Shown here: positions 36,539-47,833 of the stretch, one piece after another | Numbering within the stretch: position 1 is the stretch's first letter | Layout of the letters: each line of letters starts with the position of its first letter | From: an uncultured Oscillochloris sp. | GTDB taxonomy: Bacteria; Chloroflexota; Chloroflexia; Chloroflexales; Chloroflexaceae | DNA: 60,088 nt | Direction of reading: 5' to 3' | Assembly (NCBI GenBank): GCA_903887465.1 | Contig: CAISPW010000267.1 | Span: 1 to 60,088, forward strand | Position numbers and translations under genes: made by a program | The notes under the pieces: generated by a model | Told to the model about the DNA's origin: nothing | Seen by the model: only the letters and a program-made list of their open reading frames with translations | The model's database searches: none

Positions 36539-38952
36539 TCGCCCGACCTCACGGCACCCTGGCCCTCGCGGCGGGCCTCGATCACGTCGGGGATGCGGTT
36601 GAGCTTGTCGAGCAGGGTCGAGAGTTGGTTGATCGACTGGATCGTGCAGGTGACGTGGAGCACGGTGCGTCCGACGCGGCGGGTGCTGCCCTGCTCAACC
36701 TTCTCAATATTCACCCCGGCGTCGGCGATGACCATCGAGACATCGCGCCAGAGGCCGACGCGATCCCAGGACTCGACGCGCACGGGTACTGAGTAGCCCT
36801 TGGGTTGCTGGCCGCCCCAGTTGACATCGATCAGGCGGGCGCGGTCGCGCTCGTTGACCACGGTGCGGCAGTCGGCGCGGTGGATGGTGACGCCGCGCCC
36901 ACGGGTGACGTAGCCGATGATCGGCTCGCCGACCACCGGGTTGCAGCAGCGGGCGAGGCGGTTATGCACGGCACCCACGCCGATCACCTGGATGCCGATT
37001 GGCTCGATGCGGGTGGGCGCGGGGTTGGCCATGGGCAGTTCGGGCGGGGCACCATCCGAGTGGGGCTCAACCTGCTGGGCGAGCGCCTTCTGGGCCACCG
37101 AGCGCGCCGCGATCTCGCCGGCACCGATCTGGGCGAACATATCGTCCACCGAGCGCGAGCCGGTCAGTTCGACCAGATGATCGAAGCTGACCGCGCCCAT
37201 GCCGAGGCGCTTCAGCTCCTTCTCGATCAGGTCGCGCCCACCGGCGATATTCTCATCGCGCTCGGCGCGGCGAAAGAAGCGCCGGATGTGATCGCGGGCG
37301 CTGGGCGTCTTGACAATGCCGAGCCAGTCGCGGCTAGGGCCACGGCTGGTCTTCGAGGTCATAATATCGACGATCTCGCCATTCTTCAGGTGGTAGTCGA
37401 GCGGCACGATCCGCCCGTTGACCCTGGCACCGATACACTTGTGGCCCACCTCGGAATGGATGTGGTAGGCGAAGTCCACCGGCGTCGAGCCCTCGGGCAA
37501 GTCGATGATCTTGCCCTTGGGCGTAAAGACGTAGACCTGCTCCTCAAGCTCGGTCTTGAAGCTCTCGACAAACTCGCGGGCGTCGGTGAGCTCGATGCGC
37601 CAGGAGATCAGCTCGCGCAGCCACTTGATCTTGGCCTCATAGTTCTGGTCGCTGCTGCGGGCGAAGCCCTCTTTATAGCGCCAGTGGGCGGCGATGCCGT
37701 GCTCGGCCACATGGTGCATCTCCTCGGTGCGGATCTGCACCTCGCAGGGGGTGCCGCCGGGGATAAGCACCGTGGTGTGGATCGACTGGTAGGAGCTCTC
37801 CTTGGGCACGGCGATATAGTCGTCGAACTCCGAGAGTACTGGCGTCCAGAGCATATGCACCACGCCGAGGACGCGGTAGCACAGGCCAGCGGCGCGCTCT
37901 TGGTCCTTCTCCTGGAGGATGACCCGCACCGCCAGTTGGTCGTAGATCCGGTCGAGGGAAACGCCCTTGCGGTCCATCTTGCGCCAGATCGAGTAGATAT
38001 GCTTAGGTCGGCCCGTCACCTGCGCGACGATGCCCTCTTTATCGAGGCACTCCTTCAGCTTCTTGATCACGCGCTGGATGATCCGCTCGCGGGCCTCTTT
38101 GCGCATGGTCAGCCCCTGGGCGATCTCGTGGTAGCGCTCGGGGTTGAGCGCCCGAAAGGCCAGATCTTCAAGCTCAGACTTGACTTGCCACATACCGAGG
38201 CGGTTGGCCAGCGGCGCGTAGATATCCAGCGTCTCGCGGGCGACGCGCTTCTGCTTGTTGGGCGGGGTGGCGCCGAGGGTCCGCATATTGTGCAGGCGGT
38301 CGGCCAGCTTGATCAGGATCACCCGTGGGTCGTCGGCGGTGGCGATGATCAGCTTGCGGTAGGAGCCGGCCTGCAGCTCCTCCTTCGACTTATTTTCCAG
38401 GCCGGAGAGCTTGGTGACGCCATCGACCAAGTGGGCGATGCTGGCATTAAAGTAGGTGCGCAGCAGATCGAGCTGCACGCCGGTGTCCTCGACCACATCG
38501 TGGAGCAGGGATGCGGCGATCGACTCGGCGTCGAGGCGCAGCTCCAGCAGGATGGAGGCCACGGCGACGGGGTGGTCGATATAGGGCTCGCCGCTTTGGC
38601 GGTACTGGCCGGCGTGGGCGATCTTGGCCAGGGCGTAGGCCCGGCGCACCAGATCGGCGTCGGCTCCGGGGAGGTATTGGTGCATCTGGCCGATGATCGC
38701 CTCGACCGTGGGCGCGGTGAGCGAGGCGACGTAGGCCCGGCGTACGCTATCGACCGACGCCTCGGGATTTTCCTTGCGGCGCAGGTGTTCGGCGAACGTC
38801 TCAATGATCGGATGCTGGAGGAAGGGGCTGAGGGGGAAGGGCAGTTCTGGCTCGGGCTGGCGCCGCTGCGGGCCGGATGGCCCCTGATGAGATCCGTGGC
38901 GCGACGGTTCCTCGTAATTGCTCATCGTAGCGGTGGCAGTCGAGTCGTCCAT
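36535..38952 (-). CDS. rel: Bifunctional (p)ppGpp synthetase/hydrolase
   Basis: Motifs HDVVED, KLADRLHNMRT, GRPKHIYSI and YQSIHT, with TGS and ACT domains. Start uncertain. Confidence 0.95.
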   Translation of the reverse strand: MDDSTATATMSNYEEPSRHGSHQGPSGPQRRQPEPELPFPLSPFLQHPIIETFAEHLRRKENPEASVDSVRRAYVASLTAPTVEAIIGQMHQYLPGADADLVRRAYALAKIAHAGQYRQSGEPYIDHPVAVASILLELRLDAESIAASLLHDVVEDTGVQLDLLRTYFNASIAHLVDGVTKLSGLENKSKEELQAGSYRKLIIATADDPRVILIKLADRLHNMRTLGATPPNKQKRVARETLDIYAPLANRLGMWQVKSELEDLAFRALNPERYHEIAQGLTMRKEARERIIQRVIKKLKECLDKEGIVAQVTGRPKHIYSIWRKMDRKGVSLDRIYDQLAVRVILQEKDQERAAGLCYRVLGVVHMLWTPVLSEFDDYIAVPKESSYQSIHTTVLIPGGTPCEVQIRTEEMHHVAEHGIAAHWRYKEGFARSSDQNYEAKIKWLRELISWRIELTDAREFVESFKTELEEQVYVFTPKGKIIDLPEGSTPVDFAYHIHSEVGHKCIGARVNGRIVPLDYHLKNGEIVDIMTSKTSRGPSRDWLGIVKTPSARDHIRRFFRRAERDENIAGGRDLIEKELKRLGMGAVSFDHLVELTGSRSVDDMFAQIGAGEIAARSVAQKALAQQVEPHSDGAPPELPMANPAPTRIEPIGIQVIGVGAVHNRLARCCNPVVGEPIIGYVTRGRGVTIHRADCRTVVNERDRARLIDVNWGGQQPKGYSVPVRVESWDRVGLWRDVSMVIADAGVNIEKVEQGSTRRVGRTVLHVTCTIQSINQLSTLLDKLNRIPDVIEARREGQGAVRSGD

Positions 38953-39203
38953 TGCGCTTCCTCTAGAATGTGTGGCCTGGCGCGGGCGCGTAGGCGGCAG
39001 GGGAGGGGCGCGACGCCCGGTATCTCCTGCGTAGAGTGGTGTGAAGGAGAGAGAAGATGCCCTGAGAAGCAAAAGGGCTGGCGTACAACGCCAGTCCCCG
39101 GCTATTACTCACGATCATCTGCGACCGCAGCATATGGGCATTTTGTGGTGGTACGTAGAATAGCACCGCCCTATGCCATTGTCAAGGAATCGTGCGCTGC
39201 GAG

Positions 39204-39314
39204 CAGGGCTGGTGCAACGTCGCCTCTGGCGGGAGGTTGGAGGTGGCCAAGCCACCAGAAATCCACCAAAAGCACGGTCTGGGGCGCAGCCCCAACGACG
39301 TTGCAACCGCCCTG
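39204..39314 (-). mobile_element. MITE-like family A, internally deleted copy
   Basis: TIR cagggctggtgcaacgtcg / cgacgttgcaaccgccctg (17/19). One arm of the long hairpin is missing. Confidence 0.75.
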
Positions 39315-39413
39315 ATTCTAACATCCCTCTTATTGCGCGCTGTACCTGATTCAGGTACAATAGCCACAGTGAGCAGTAGTTAAGATGCGGCCTTCAGGGA
39401 GGGTTGTAGCAGT

Positions 39414-39779
39414 ATGCCGACCTACGTGTACGCGTGCAACAGCTGTGGCAAGCAGTTCGAGAAGTTCCAGAGCTTCAAGGATGACCCGCTAACCGTCTGC
39501 CCCTGCGGCCAAGAGGGCCAGGTGCGCCGGGTGATCCAGCCCGTCGGTATCGTCTTCAAGGGTTCCGGCTGGTATATTAACGATAGCCGTGGCAGCAGCA
39601 GCACTGCCGTCGCCCCCGATGCCGCCAAGGCCGAGAAGACCGAGAAGGTCGATGCGGTTGAGAAGACCGAGAAGGTCGATGCGGTTGAGAAGACCGAGAA
39701 GGTCGGCCCAGTCGAGAAGGCCAGCCCAGTCGAGAAGAGCGTCACCAGTGCCCCTGCGGCTTCCAGTTCGGTCGAATAG
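39414..39779 (+). CDS. FmdB-family zinc ribbon protein
   Basis: MPTYVYACNSCG...CPCG...FKGSGWY, with EKTEKVDAV repeats in the tail. Confidence 0.9.
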   Translation: MPTYVYACNSCGKQFEKFQSFKDDPLTVCPCGQEGQVRRVIQPVGIVFKGSGWYINDSRGSSSTAVAPDAAKAEKTEKVDAVEKTEKVDAVEKTEKVGPVEKASPVEKSVTSAPAASSSVE

Positions 39780-39941
39780 CTTCCCCCTTGCGCTGATGGG
39801 GGCGGGCCGCCTTCGCTGGCCCGCCCCCGCCTCTTGCCTCGGGTGCGTCTGTCGCTAGGGGCGCTGTGTGGCACAGCGCCCCTAGCTTCGTGTAACGCCG
39901 GCCCGACCGTCCCCCGATGACGAACGAGCAGGAGGCTCCTC

Positions 39942-40706
39942 ATGTCTCTCTCCAGCGCGGTGCGCACGCTGCGCGACGATGTGCGCGCTATCTTTCGGAA
40001 CGACCCGGCGGCCCGCAACTTGGCCGAGGTGCTGCTCTACCCTGGCCTGCACGCCATCCTGCTGCACCGGCTGGCCCACGCTATCTGGGCGCGCCGCGTA
40101 CCCTTTCTGCCCCGCTATATCTCCCAGGTCTCTCGCTTCTGGACCGGCATCGAGATCCACCCCGGTGCCACTATCGGCCAGGGCTTTTTCATCGACCACG
40201 GCATGGGCGTGGTGATCGGCGAGACGGCGGAGATCGGCGACCGGGTCATGCTCTACCAGGGCGTCACCCTCGGCGGCACCGGCAAGCAGTCTGGCAAACG
40301 CCACCCCACCCTGGAAGACGACGTGGTGATCGGCGTTGGTGCCAGCGTCCTCGGCGCGATCACCATCGGCCAGGGTGCCCGCGTCGGCGGCGGTGCCGTG
40401 GTGGTCAAGGATGTACCGCCCCACTCCACCGCCGTCGGCGTGCCCGCCCGCATTGTCGCCACCCGCGACCCGGCCACCGGCGTCACCCGCCGCACCGAGG
40501 ATTTGCCCGACCCCGAGGGCGAAATGCTGCGTGGCCTGCACGCCAAGGTGCTTGAGCTTGAGGATCGCCTGGCCGACCTTGAGGACGCCACCTCAACCCA
40601 CCACGAAGGCCACCACCTGACCTACGACGCCCTGCCGGCCAGCCTCTGGCGCACCCTCGATGACAACGGCGTGCATGAGGAGTATAATCTCGGCGCCGGG
40701 ATCTGA
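39942..40706 (+). CDS. cysE: Serine O-acetyltransferase
   Basis: Motifs [31 protein letters not shown] and GKRHPT. Confidence 0.95.
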   Translation: MSLSSAVRTLRDDVRAIFRNDPAARNLAEVLLYPGLHAILLHRLAHAIWARRVPFLPRYISQVSRFWTGIEIHPGATIGQGFFIDHGMGVVIGETAEIGDRVMLYQGVTLGGTGKQSGKRHPTLEDDVVIGVGASVLGAITIGQGARVGGGAVVVKDVPPHSTAVGVPARIVATRDPATGVTRRTEDLPDPEGEMLRGLHAKVLELEDRLADLEDATSTHHEGHHLTYDALPASLWRTLDDNGVHEEYNLGAGI

Positions 40707-40715
40707 TGCTCTGAT

Positions 40716-40752
40716 GTAAGGGCGCAGCCGCGCCGTGCTGCGGTGCCCTTAC
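40716..40752. repeat. REP-like palindrome
   Basis: gtaagggcgc...gtgcccttac between cysE and cysS. Confidence 0.55.
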
Positions 40753-40763
40753 AGGGGATATCT

Positions 40764-42174
<1,411 letters not shown>

Positions 42175-42176
<2 letters not shown>

Positions 42177-42234
42177 ATTTTGGATTGCAGATTTTAGACT
42201 GCAACAAAATCTGCAATCTGCAATCTAAAATCCA
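42175..42234. repeat. ATTGCAG-type heptamer inverted array
   Basis: tggattgcagattttagactgca ... aatctgcaatctgcaatctaaaatcca fills the cysS-prmA gap. Confidence 0.7.
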
Positions 42235-42235
42235 T

Positions 42236-43210
42236 ATGACATGGCTAGAATTATCCGTCCAGGTCGATAACGAGGCCGTTGAGTCTGTCTCCGAGTTGCT
42301 CGCCCGCTACGGCTACAACGGCGGCGTGGTCGCCGAACCCGCGTGGATCCCCGGCGACGAGGGGCCAGAGTTCAGCTACGATCCGTCCCGCCCGGTGACG
42401 CTGCGCACCTACATCCCGCTCGACGCCCAGGCCGAGGATGTGCGCCAGCGGCTTGAGCAGGCGCTCTGGCATCTTGGCCAGATGCGCCCGATCAGTCCGC
42501 TCCAGGCCCGCCCGCTGGAGGAGGAGGACTGGGCGAACGCCTGGAAGCAGCACTACAGCATCCTGCGCGTCGGCGAGCGCACGGTGGTGGTGCCCTCGTG
42601 GCTGGAGTATACGCCGCGCCCGGACGATGTGGCGATCTACCTCGACCCCGGCATGGCCTTCGGCACCGGGCTGCACCCGACCACCCAACTCTGCCTGCGC
42701 CTGCTGGAGCGCTACGCCCGGCCGGGCCTGCGCACCCTCGACCTGGGTACCGGTAGTGGCATCCTGGCTATCGCCGCTGCCAAGCTCGGGGCCGGTCCCG
42801 TCCTGGCTCTCGACAACGATCCGGTGGCGTCCCAGGTAGCCGCCGAAAACGTGCAGATCAATCAAGTCTCCCACATCGTCACCGCCGCCACCGGTAGCCT
42901 GGGGGCCGGTCAGCACATGGGCCACTGGCTCAGCGGCGACTTCGGGGAGGAAACGTCGAGGGGCGAGGCATCGCCTGCCGATGCCTCGCCCCCGCAGTTT
43001 GAGCTGATCGTCGCCAACCTGATCGCCAAGGTGCTGGTCATCCTCGCCGCCGACATGGCCGCCGCCCTGGTACCCGGCGGAATCTTGATCAGCAGCGGGA
43101 TCATCAATACCAAAGAGGTTGATGTCGTCGAGGCATTCGCCACCGTCGGGCTGCGCCAGCTAGAGCGCCACGTCGAGGGCGAATGGCTCGCCCTGGTTCA
43201 TACGCGGTAG
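42236..43210 (+). CDS. prmA: Ribosomal protein L11 methyltransferase
   Basis: Motifs [34 protein letters not shown] and SGII. Confidence 0.95.
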   Translation: MTWLELSVQVDNEAVESVSELLARYGYNGGVVAEPAWIPGDEGPEFSYDPSRPVTLRTYIPLDAQAEDVRQRLEQALWHLGQMRPISPLQARPLEEEDWANAWKQHYSILRVGERTVVVPSWLEYTPRPDDVAIYLDPGMAFGTGLHPTTQLCLRLLERYARPGLRTLDLGTGSGILAIAAAKLGAGPVLALDNDPVASQVAAENVQINQVSHIVTAATGSLGAGQHMGHWLSGDFGEETSRGEASPADASPPQFELIVANLIAKVLVILAADMAAALVPGGILISSGIINTKEVDVVEAFATVGLRQLERHVEGEWLALVHTR

Positions 43211-43235
43211 AGCCGCCCCGGCGGGGCGGCTCTAC
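43207..43235. repeat. GTAG-type REP palindrome
   Basis: gtagagccgcccc-ggc-ggggcggctctac. Confidence 0.8.
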
Positions 43236-45211
43236 CGCCGCACAAAGTACATCGTCTGCTCGTCGGCGTAGCGCTGCTCCCACACCTGCGGGCGCGCCTG
43301 CGCGTATTCCACCAGGGACTCCTGGCTCTTGGCACTCAGCAGCAGCCCGTCGATACCGTACTTTGCCAGCAACTCGTCCACATTCACGCCGCCCGAGAGC
43401 CGCTGGTAGTCCAGCCACTGCTCTAGCGGGTACAGCTCGATTCGCGGGTCGGCCCAGACCTTCTGCCCAGCATCGGCCCAGATTAGGTAGCTGCCGTAGC
43501 TCATCTCGTGGAAGATCCGCGCGGGCGGCCGTGGATCGTCCTTCAGAAAGCCCACGGCGGCGACGGGCGTATTAGGCGCGAGCAGGTCGCCCACATCGGG
43601 CGGCAGGCCGAGGGCCGGCTTCACCCAGGGCAGGGCCAGCAGCAGCAGCAGGCCGATCACCCCCGCCAGTGCCGCGTTAATCGCCGGTGCGCCCTGGAAC
43701 GCGGGTGCCTCGCTGCGCGGGAGCCAACTCGCCAACTGATCCACCAGCAGCGGCGTGGCCACGGCGATAAACCAGATATTATTGCGCACCGCCCCCAGCG
43801 CCAGCCAGAAGAAGGCCACCGCCACCAGCATCTCCACCGGGTCGGGCCGACGCGGCGCGTAAGCCAGCAGCGCCACCCCGACAATCACAAAGGCGAAGAA
43901 GATCACCCCGCCCGTATCGCGCACCGTCTGCGGTGCCCACTCCGTCACCAGCTGCGTCACCGCCGAGCTACCCAGCAGGTTGCGCACATAGCCAAGCACC
44001 TGGAACCCGCCGGGGTTGACCAGCCACGCCGCGCCGGTGAGTACCCCGGCCAGGGCAAGTTGGCGCAGCGGCGGGCGATCCGACGCCGGAGTAGTGCGCC
44101 GGTCGGCCACGAGACGCCGCAGCCCCTCGCCCACAAACGTCAGCCCGATCAGCGCCCCGCCCAGCACAAACGACCCGTGCAGGTTCACCCAAATTATTCC
44201 AAGCAATGGCAACACCAGTAGGGGCGAAGCATTCGCCCAAAAACCATGCGTAGAACCCCCTGATTGTCCGGCGAATGCTTCGCCCTTTACATGCCGCCCC
44301 GCCGCCGCCGCATCATGCCGCCCCGCCGCCGCCGTATCATGCCCCCCCGCCGCCGCCGCATCATGCCGCCCCGCCGCCGCCGCATGCCGCCCCGCCGCCG
44401 CCGCATGCCCCCCCGCCGCCACATCATGCCGCCCCGCCGCCGTATCATGCCCCCCCGCCGCCGCCGCATACCCCCCCGCCGCCGCCGTATGCCCCCCCGC
44501 CGCCGTATCATGCCCCCCCGCCGCCGCCGTATCATGCCGCCCCGCCGCCGCATCATGCCCCGCCGCCGCCGCATCATGCCGCCCCGCCGCCGCATCATGC
44601 CGCCCCGCCGCCGCATCATGCCCCCCCGCCGCCGTATCATGCCGCCCCGCCGCCGCCGCATGCCCCCCCGCCGCCGCCGTATCATGCCGCCTATACCCCA
44701 CGCCTCGCGCCCCAAACCGCCACCCGTCCAGCACATACAGATAGGCCACAAACAGCCCCAGCGCGTAGGTCTGCGGGCGCACGATCCAGTTGTCGAACGA
44801 GGCCGGCATCGTCGCCATCAGCAGGAAAGCCACGCTTATGCGCAGCCTGCCCGTGCGGCGCACGCAAAGGCGTAGCAGCAGGCCGTAGGTACCCGCCAGC
44901 AGCGCCGCCTGGGCCATGATCACCAGGGGCAAGCCGCCGAGTTGGTAGATCCCGTACATGAGCAACTGGCCCAGCCAACTCTGGTTGTAGAACGTCTCGC
45001 CCGCCCGCGTGTACGAGAAGCTGTCCACGGTCGGGATCTGCCCGCCCCCCACGATCAGGCGGCCGGTGGCCATGTGCCACCAGAAGTCGTTCGGCGGGAT
45101 CGGCGTGAGCAGAGCGCGCAGGGCGATGAAGGCCACCGCCGCGAAGATCCAGACGTGGTCGAGGGTCAGGCCCGCGCTGCGTTTCGTGCTTTCCCTCCCG
45201 GTTATATTCAC
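43232..45211 (-). CDS. GT-C-like integral membrane protein (DFWWH family), paralogue A, with in-frame repeat insertion
   Basis: PNDFWWH after TM1, QSWLG, RPQ, WVNLHG, EW and ADPRIELYP. A GTG start at 45211 follows GGGAG. Confidence 0.75.
   Translation of the reverse strand: MNITGRESTKRSAGLTLDHVWIFAAVAFIALRALLTPIPPNDFWWHMATGRLIVGGGQIPTVDSFSYTRAGETFYNQSWLGQLLMYGIYQLGGLPLVIMAQAALLAGTYGLLLRLCVRRTGRLRISVAFLLMATMPASFDNWIVRPQTYALGLFVAYLYVLDGWRFGARGVGYRRHDTAAAGGHAAAAGRHDTAAGGHDAAAGRHDAAAGRHDAAAAGHDAAAGRHDTAAAGGHDTAAGGHTAAAGGYAAAAGGHDTAAGRHDVAAGGHAAAAGRHAAAAGRHDAAAAGGHDTAAAGRHDAAAAGRHVKGEAFAGQSGGSTHGFWANASPLLVLPLLGIIWVNLHGSFVLGGALIGLTFVGEGLRRLVADRRTTPASDRPPLRQLALAGVLTGAAWLVNPGGFQVLGYVRNLLGSSAVTQLVTEWAPQTVRDTGGVIFFAFVIVGVALLAYAPRRPDPVEMLVAVAFFWLALGAVRNNIWFIAVATPLLVDQLASWLPRSEAPAFQGAPAINAALAGVIGLLLLLALPWVKPALGLPPDVGDLLAPNTPVAAVGFLKDDPRPPARIFHEMSYGSYLIWADAGQKVWADPRIELYPLEQWLDYQRLSGGVNVDELLAKYGIDGLLLSAKSQESLVEYAQARPQVWEQRYADEQTMYFVRR
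44218..44290. repeat. GTAG-REP doublet inside a CDS
   Basis: gtaggggcgaagcattcgc ... gcgaatgcttcgccctttac. Confidence 0.8.
44291..44690. repeat. 21/24-bp tandem array (~18 units) encoding H(D)AAAG(R/G)
   Basis: Units of the form atcatgcc(g/c)ccc(gcc)n, all multiples of 3. Confidence 0.92.
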
Positions 45212-45226
45212 TGGAGTCTCCCGCTG

Positions 45227-45289
45227 GGCCGAAGCATCCGCCAGCGGCACCTGGCGCACCGCCAAGTGCCGCTGGCGGATGCTTCGGCC
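45227..45289. repeat. Long near-perfect palindrome between the two GT-C-like genes
   Basis: ggccgaagcatccgccagcggcac ... gtgccgctggcggatgcttcggcc (24 bp perfect plus an inner stem). Confidence 0.85.
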
Positions 45290-45307
45290 TTATACTCGAT
45301 GAGGGTG

Positions 45308-46840
45308 CTACCTTCTCCGCCAGATCTCGCTTGCCCCGGCCTTGAAGCTGCGCTGCCAGCCCAGCGCCCTGTCCAGTGTGGCGGCCAGCCCGCCCTGATT
45401 TCCTCGGTTGAGCAGCACGCAGGCCACCCCGTAGCGATCGAGAATCGGCAGCGCGTCCTGGCCCTGGCTGATCGCCACGTAGTCCTGCCAGAGCTTCAGC
45501 GGATACAGCTCCACCCGTGGGTCGATAAAGCTCTGCGCCGCTGGGTAGAGCGCCCAGTCCATGTACGATCCGTAGCCCATCTCGTTGAAGATCGGCCCCG
45601 CGCACGGCCTCGCCCGCAGCTCATCCACGGCGGCCACCGGAGTCTCGGCGCTGAACAGTTGCGCCGCCCCCGGCAGATCGGCGAAGATCGCCTGGTAGGG
45701 CGCGGGCAGCGGCAGCAGCGGCTTCAGCCAGGGCTGGAGCGCCACAACCAGGGCGATCATGAGCAGGGCCGGCAGCAGGTTCGCCGCGCTGCCACCGCGC
45801 GCGCCCGCCCTCGGCGCGCCCTCGGCGCTGAAGACGACCCTCGGCGTGGCGAGGGACTGGGCCACCAGCGGCATGGCCGCCATGCCAAACCAGACCACAT
45901 AGCGCCCGCCCATAAACGCCTGCCAAGCCAGCCCGCAGGCCACCAGCACATCGCTGATCGTCGGGCGGCGGCGGGCCAGGGCGAAGGCGGCGATCAGCGC
46001 CAGCACACCGATGAAGAAGCACGCCCCCGCCAGGCTATGCGGGCTGGGCGGCTGCCACTCGTTGATCAGCCCCTGGCTCGCCGTATCGCCCAGCATACCG
46101 GCCACATAGCCGAAGACGCCCACGCCGAGCGGGTTTGCCATCGTCGCCACGACCATGCCGGCGACGGCCAGGTACAGCCAGCGCAGCTGCGGCCAGCCCA
46201 GGGCGCGCGGCTGCCGCAGCAGCCGCCGCAGGGTCTCGCCGACCACGTAGGCCCCCGCGACCAGCAGCCCCATCACAAAGGCACCGTGGGCGTTCACCCA
46301 GAACACCATCAGCAGCGGCAGGGCGATCAGCCAGCGCGGGCGGATGCGGCCTGCCGCGTAGCCGTCCAGAACCATGAGTGTGCCCGCAAAGGGCAGCCAC
46401 GACCAGTTTTGCGTGCGCGCGTTCAGGTTGTTGATCGTCATCGCGGCGGCGAGCAGGGCCGCCAGGGCACCCAGCCGCCACGAGCCGCTGCGTAGGCGAG
46501 CCTCCCAGGCCACCAGTGCGAAGGCCGTTGCGCCGAGCATGTTGCGGGCGAAGATCGTCATCGGCAGCCCGCCGATTCGGAAAAGGGCGTAGAATAGCCA
46601 CTCGCCCAGCCAGCTCTGGTAGGTGTAGGGGTGGTCGACGGGGAGGGTCCAGGCGAAGAGGTTTGCGGTGGGGATGCCGCTGGTGGCTACCAACTCGCCG
46701 GCCTTGAGGTGCCACCAAAAATCGTTCGGCGCGGTGGGTGCCAGGCTGATGAATCCGCCGATCACGCTCAGCGCAAAGATGGCCCAGAGGTGATCGATGC
46801 GCAGCCCGGCACGTAGCGGGCGGGGGTTGGACATGGACAT
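45308..46840 (-). CDS. GT-C-like integral membrane protein (DFWWH family), paralogue B
   Basis: PNDFWWH, QSWLGE, WVNAHG, NEWQPP and IDPRVELYP. Collinear with paralogue A. Confidence 0.8.
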   Translation of the reverse strand: MSMSNPRPLRAGLRIDHLWAIFALSVIGGFISLAPTAPNDFWWHLKAGELVATSGIPTANLFAWTLPVDHPYTYQSWLGEWLFYALFRIGGLPMTIFARNMLGATAFALVAWEARLRSGSWRLGALAALLAAAMTINNLNARTQNWSWLPFAGTLMVLDGYAAGRIRPRWLIALPLLMVFWVNAHGAFVMGLLVAGAYVVGETLRRLLRQPRALGWPQLRWLYLAVAGMVVATMANPLGVGVFGYVAGMLGDTASQGLINEWQPPSPHSLAGACFFIGVLALIAAFALARRRPTISDVLVACGLAWQAFMGGRYVVWFGMAAMPLVAQSLATPRVVFSAEGAPRAGARGGSAANLLPALLMIALVVALQPWLKPLLPLPAPYQAIFADLPGAAQLFSAETPVAAVDELRARPCAGPIFNEMGYGSYMDWALYPAAQSFIDPRVELYPLKLWQDYVAISQGQDALPILDRYGVACVLLNRGNQGGLAATLDRALGWQRSFKAGASEIWRRR

Positions 46841-46984
46841 CCTTCCTCCCAGGCTGTTCAGGACTGACTGCCACAACCGGTGGATCGCCCCGTGTAAAAT
46901 GCCCGGCTATAATAACATGGTGACGTTACAGTTTGCCGGGCGCGCGGCTGCGCTGCCCACTATCGCCGGCAAGGAAGCTACTCG

Positions 46985-47746
46985 ATGACAATGACCGCAG
47001 CCCAGGATGCGCCGCCGCGCCTCGGAGGTGCGCCAGTCGATATCGCCGACTGCACGGTGATCGTCCCCACCTACAACGAGGTCGACAACATCGGCCTGCT
47101 CATCCCGCAGATCTTGGCCCACCCGCGCTGCCGTGTCCTCGTGGTGGATGACGGCTCGCCCGACGGCACCGGCACCATGGTGGAGCGTATCGCCCGCGAG
47201 GAGCCGCGCGTCGGCCTGCTCGCGCGACCGGGCAAGCTCGGCTTGGGTACCGCCTACATCGCCGGATTCCGCCGCGCCCTGGCCGAGGGTGCCCAGCTGA
47301 TTGTCGAGATGGACGCCGACTTCTCCCACGACCCACGCTACCTCCCGGCGCTGATCGCCGCCGCATCCCGCGACTACGACCTCGTACTCGGCTCGCGCTA
47401 CGTGCGCGGCGGCGGCACCACCGACTGGGGGTTCAGCCGGAAGCTGATCAGCCGTGGTGGAAACCTCTACGCCGGGATCATCCTTGGCCTGCCCGTGGCC
47501 GACAGCACCGGCGGATATCGCTGCTACCGGCGCGGCATCCTTGAGGCGATTGACCTGGGCGCGGTGCGATCCAACGGCTATGCCTTCCAGATCGAGATGG
47601 TCCACCGCGCCCGCGCCGTCGGTGCCCGTATCGGCGAGGTGCCGATCATCTTCCCCGACCGGCGCGTCGGCCAGTCGAAGATGTCGCGCCGCATCGTCCT
47701 AGAGGCGCTCGTGAATGTCTGGCGGCTCAGGTTCGGGCTGATCTAG
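46985..47746 (+). CDS. Polyprenol monophosphomannose synthase (Dpm1/Ppm1-like GT2)
   Basis: Motifs VPTYNE, VDDGSPDGT, GKLGLGTAY, MDADFSH, GSRY and SNGYAFQIEM. TATAAT at 46908. Confidence 0.9.
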   Translation: MTMTAAQDAPPRLGGAPVDIADCTVIVPTYNEVDNIGLLIPQILAHPRCRVLVVDDGSPDGTGTMVERIAREEPRVGLLARPGKLGLGTAYIAGFRRALAEGAQLIVEMDADFSHDPRYLPALIAAASRDYDLVLGSRYVRGGGTTDWGFSRKLISRGGNLYAGIILGLPVADSTGGYRCYRRGILEAIDLGAVRSNGYAFQIEMVHRARAVGARIGEVPIIFPDRRVGQSKMSRRIVLEALVNVWRLRFGLI

Positions 47747-47833
47747 CTGCGCCGCATGTTGCGGCGCAGCCGCGCCAATCATATAATGACGTCAGTGATC
47801 GATACTGGCCCATAGCCTACAGAGGGGTGTAAC

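Noticed and set aside
36805-39315. 836-aa plus-strand ORF (also 485-1822, 3922-6009 and others)
   Set aside because: Antisense shadows of GC3-biased genes (rel, pcrA, vanW-like/manA).
39780-39941. T-box riboswitch before cysE-cysS
   Set aside because: No T-box GGTGGNACC motif or stem I. Only two GC-rich hairpins (~39797-39830 and 39854-39886).
44264-44919. Poly-Pro/His and poly-Arg ORFs on alternative frames
   Set aside because: Open only because of the GCC-based repeat. The frame continuous with the GT-C-like gene explains the region.
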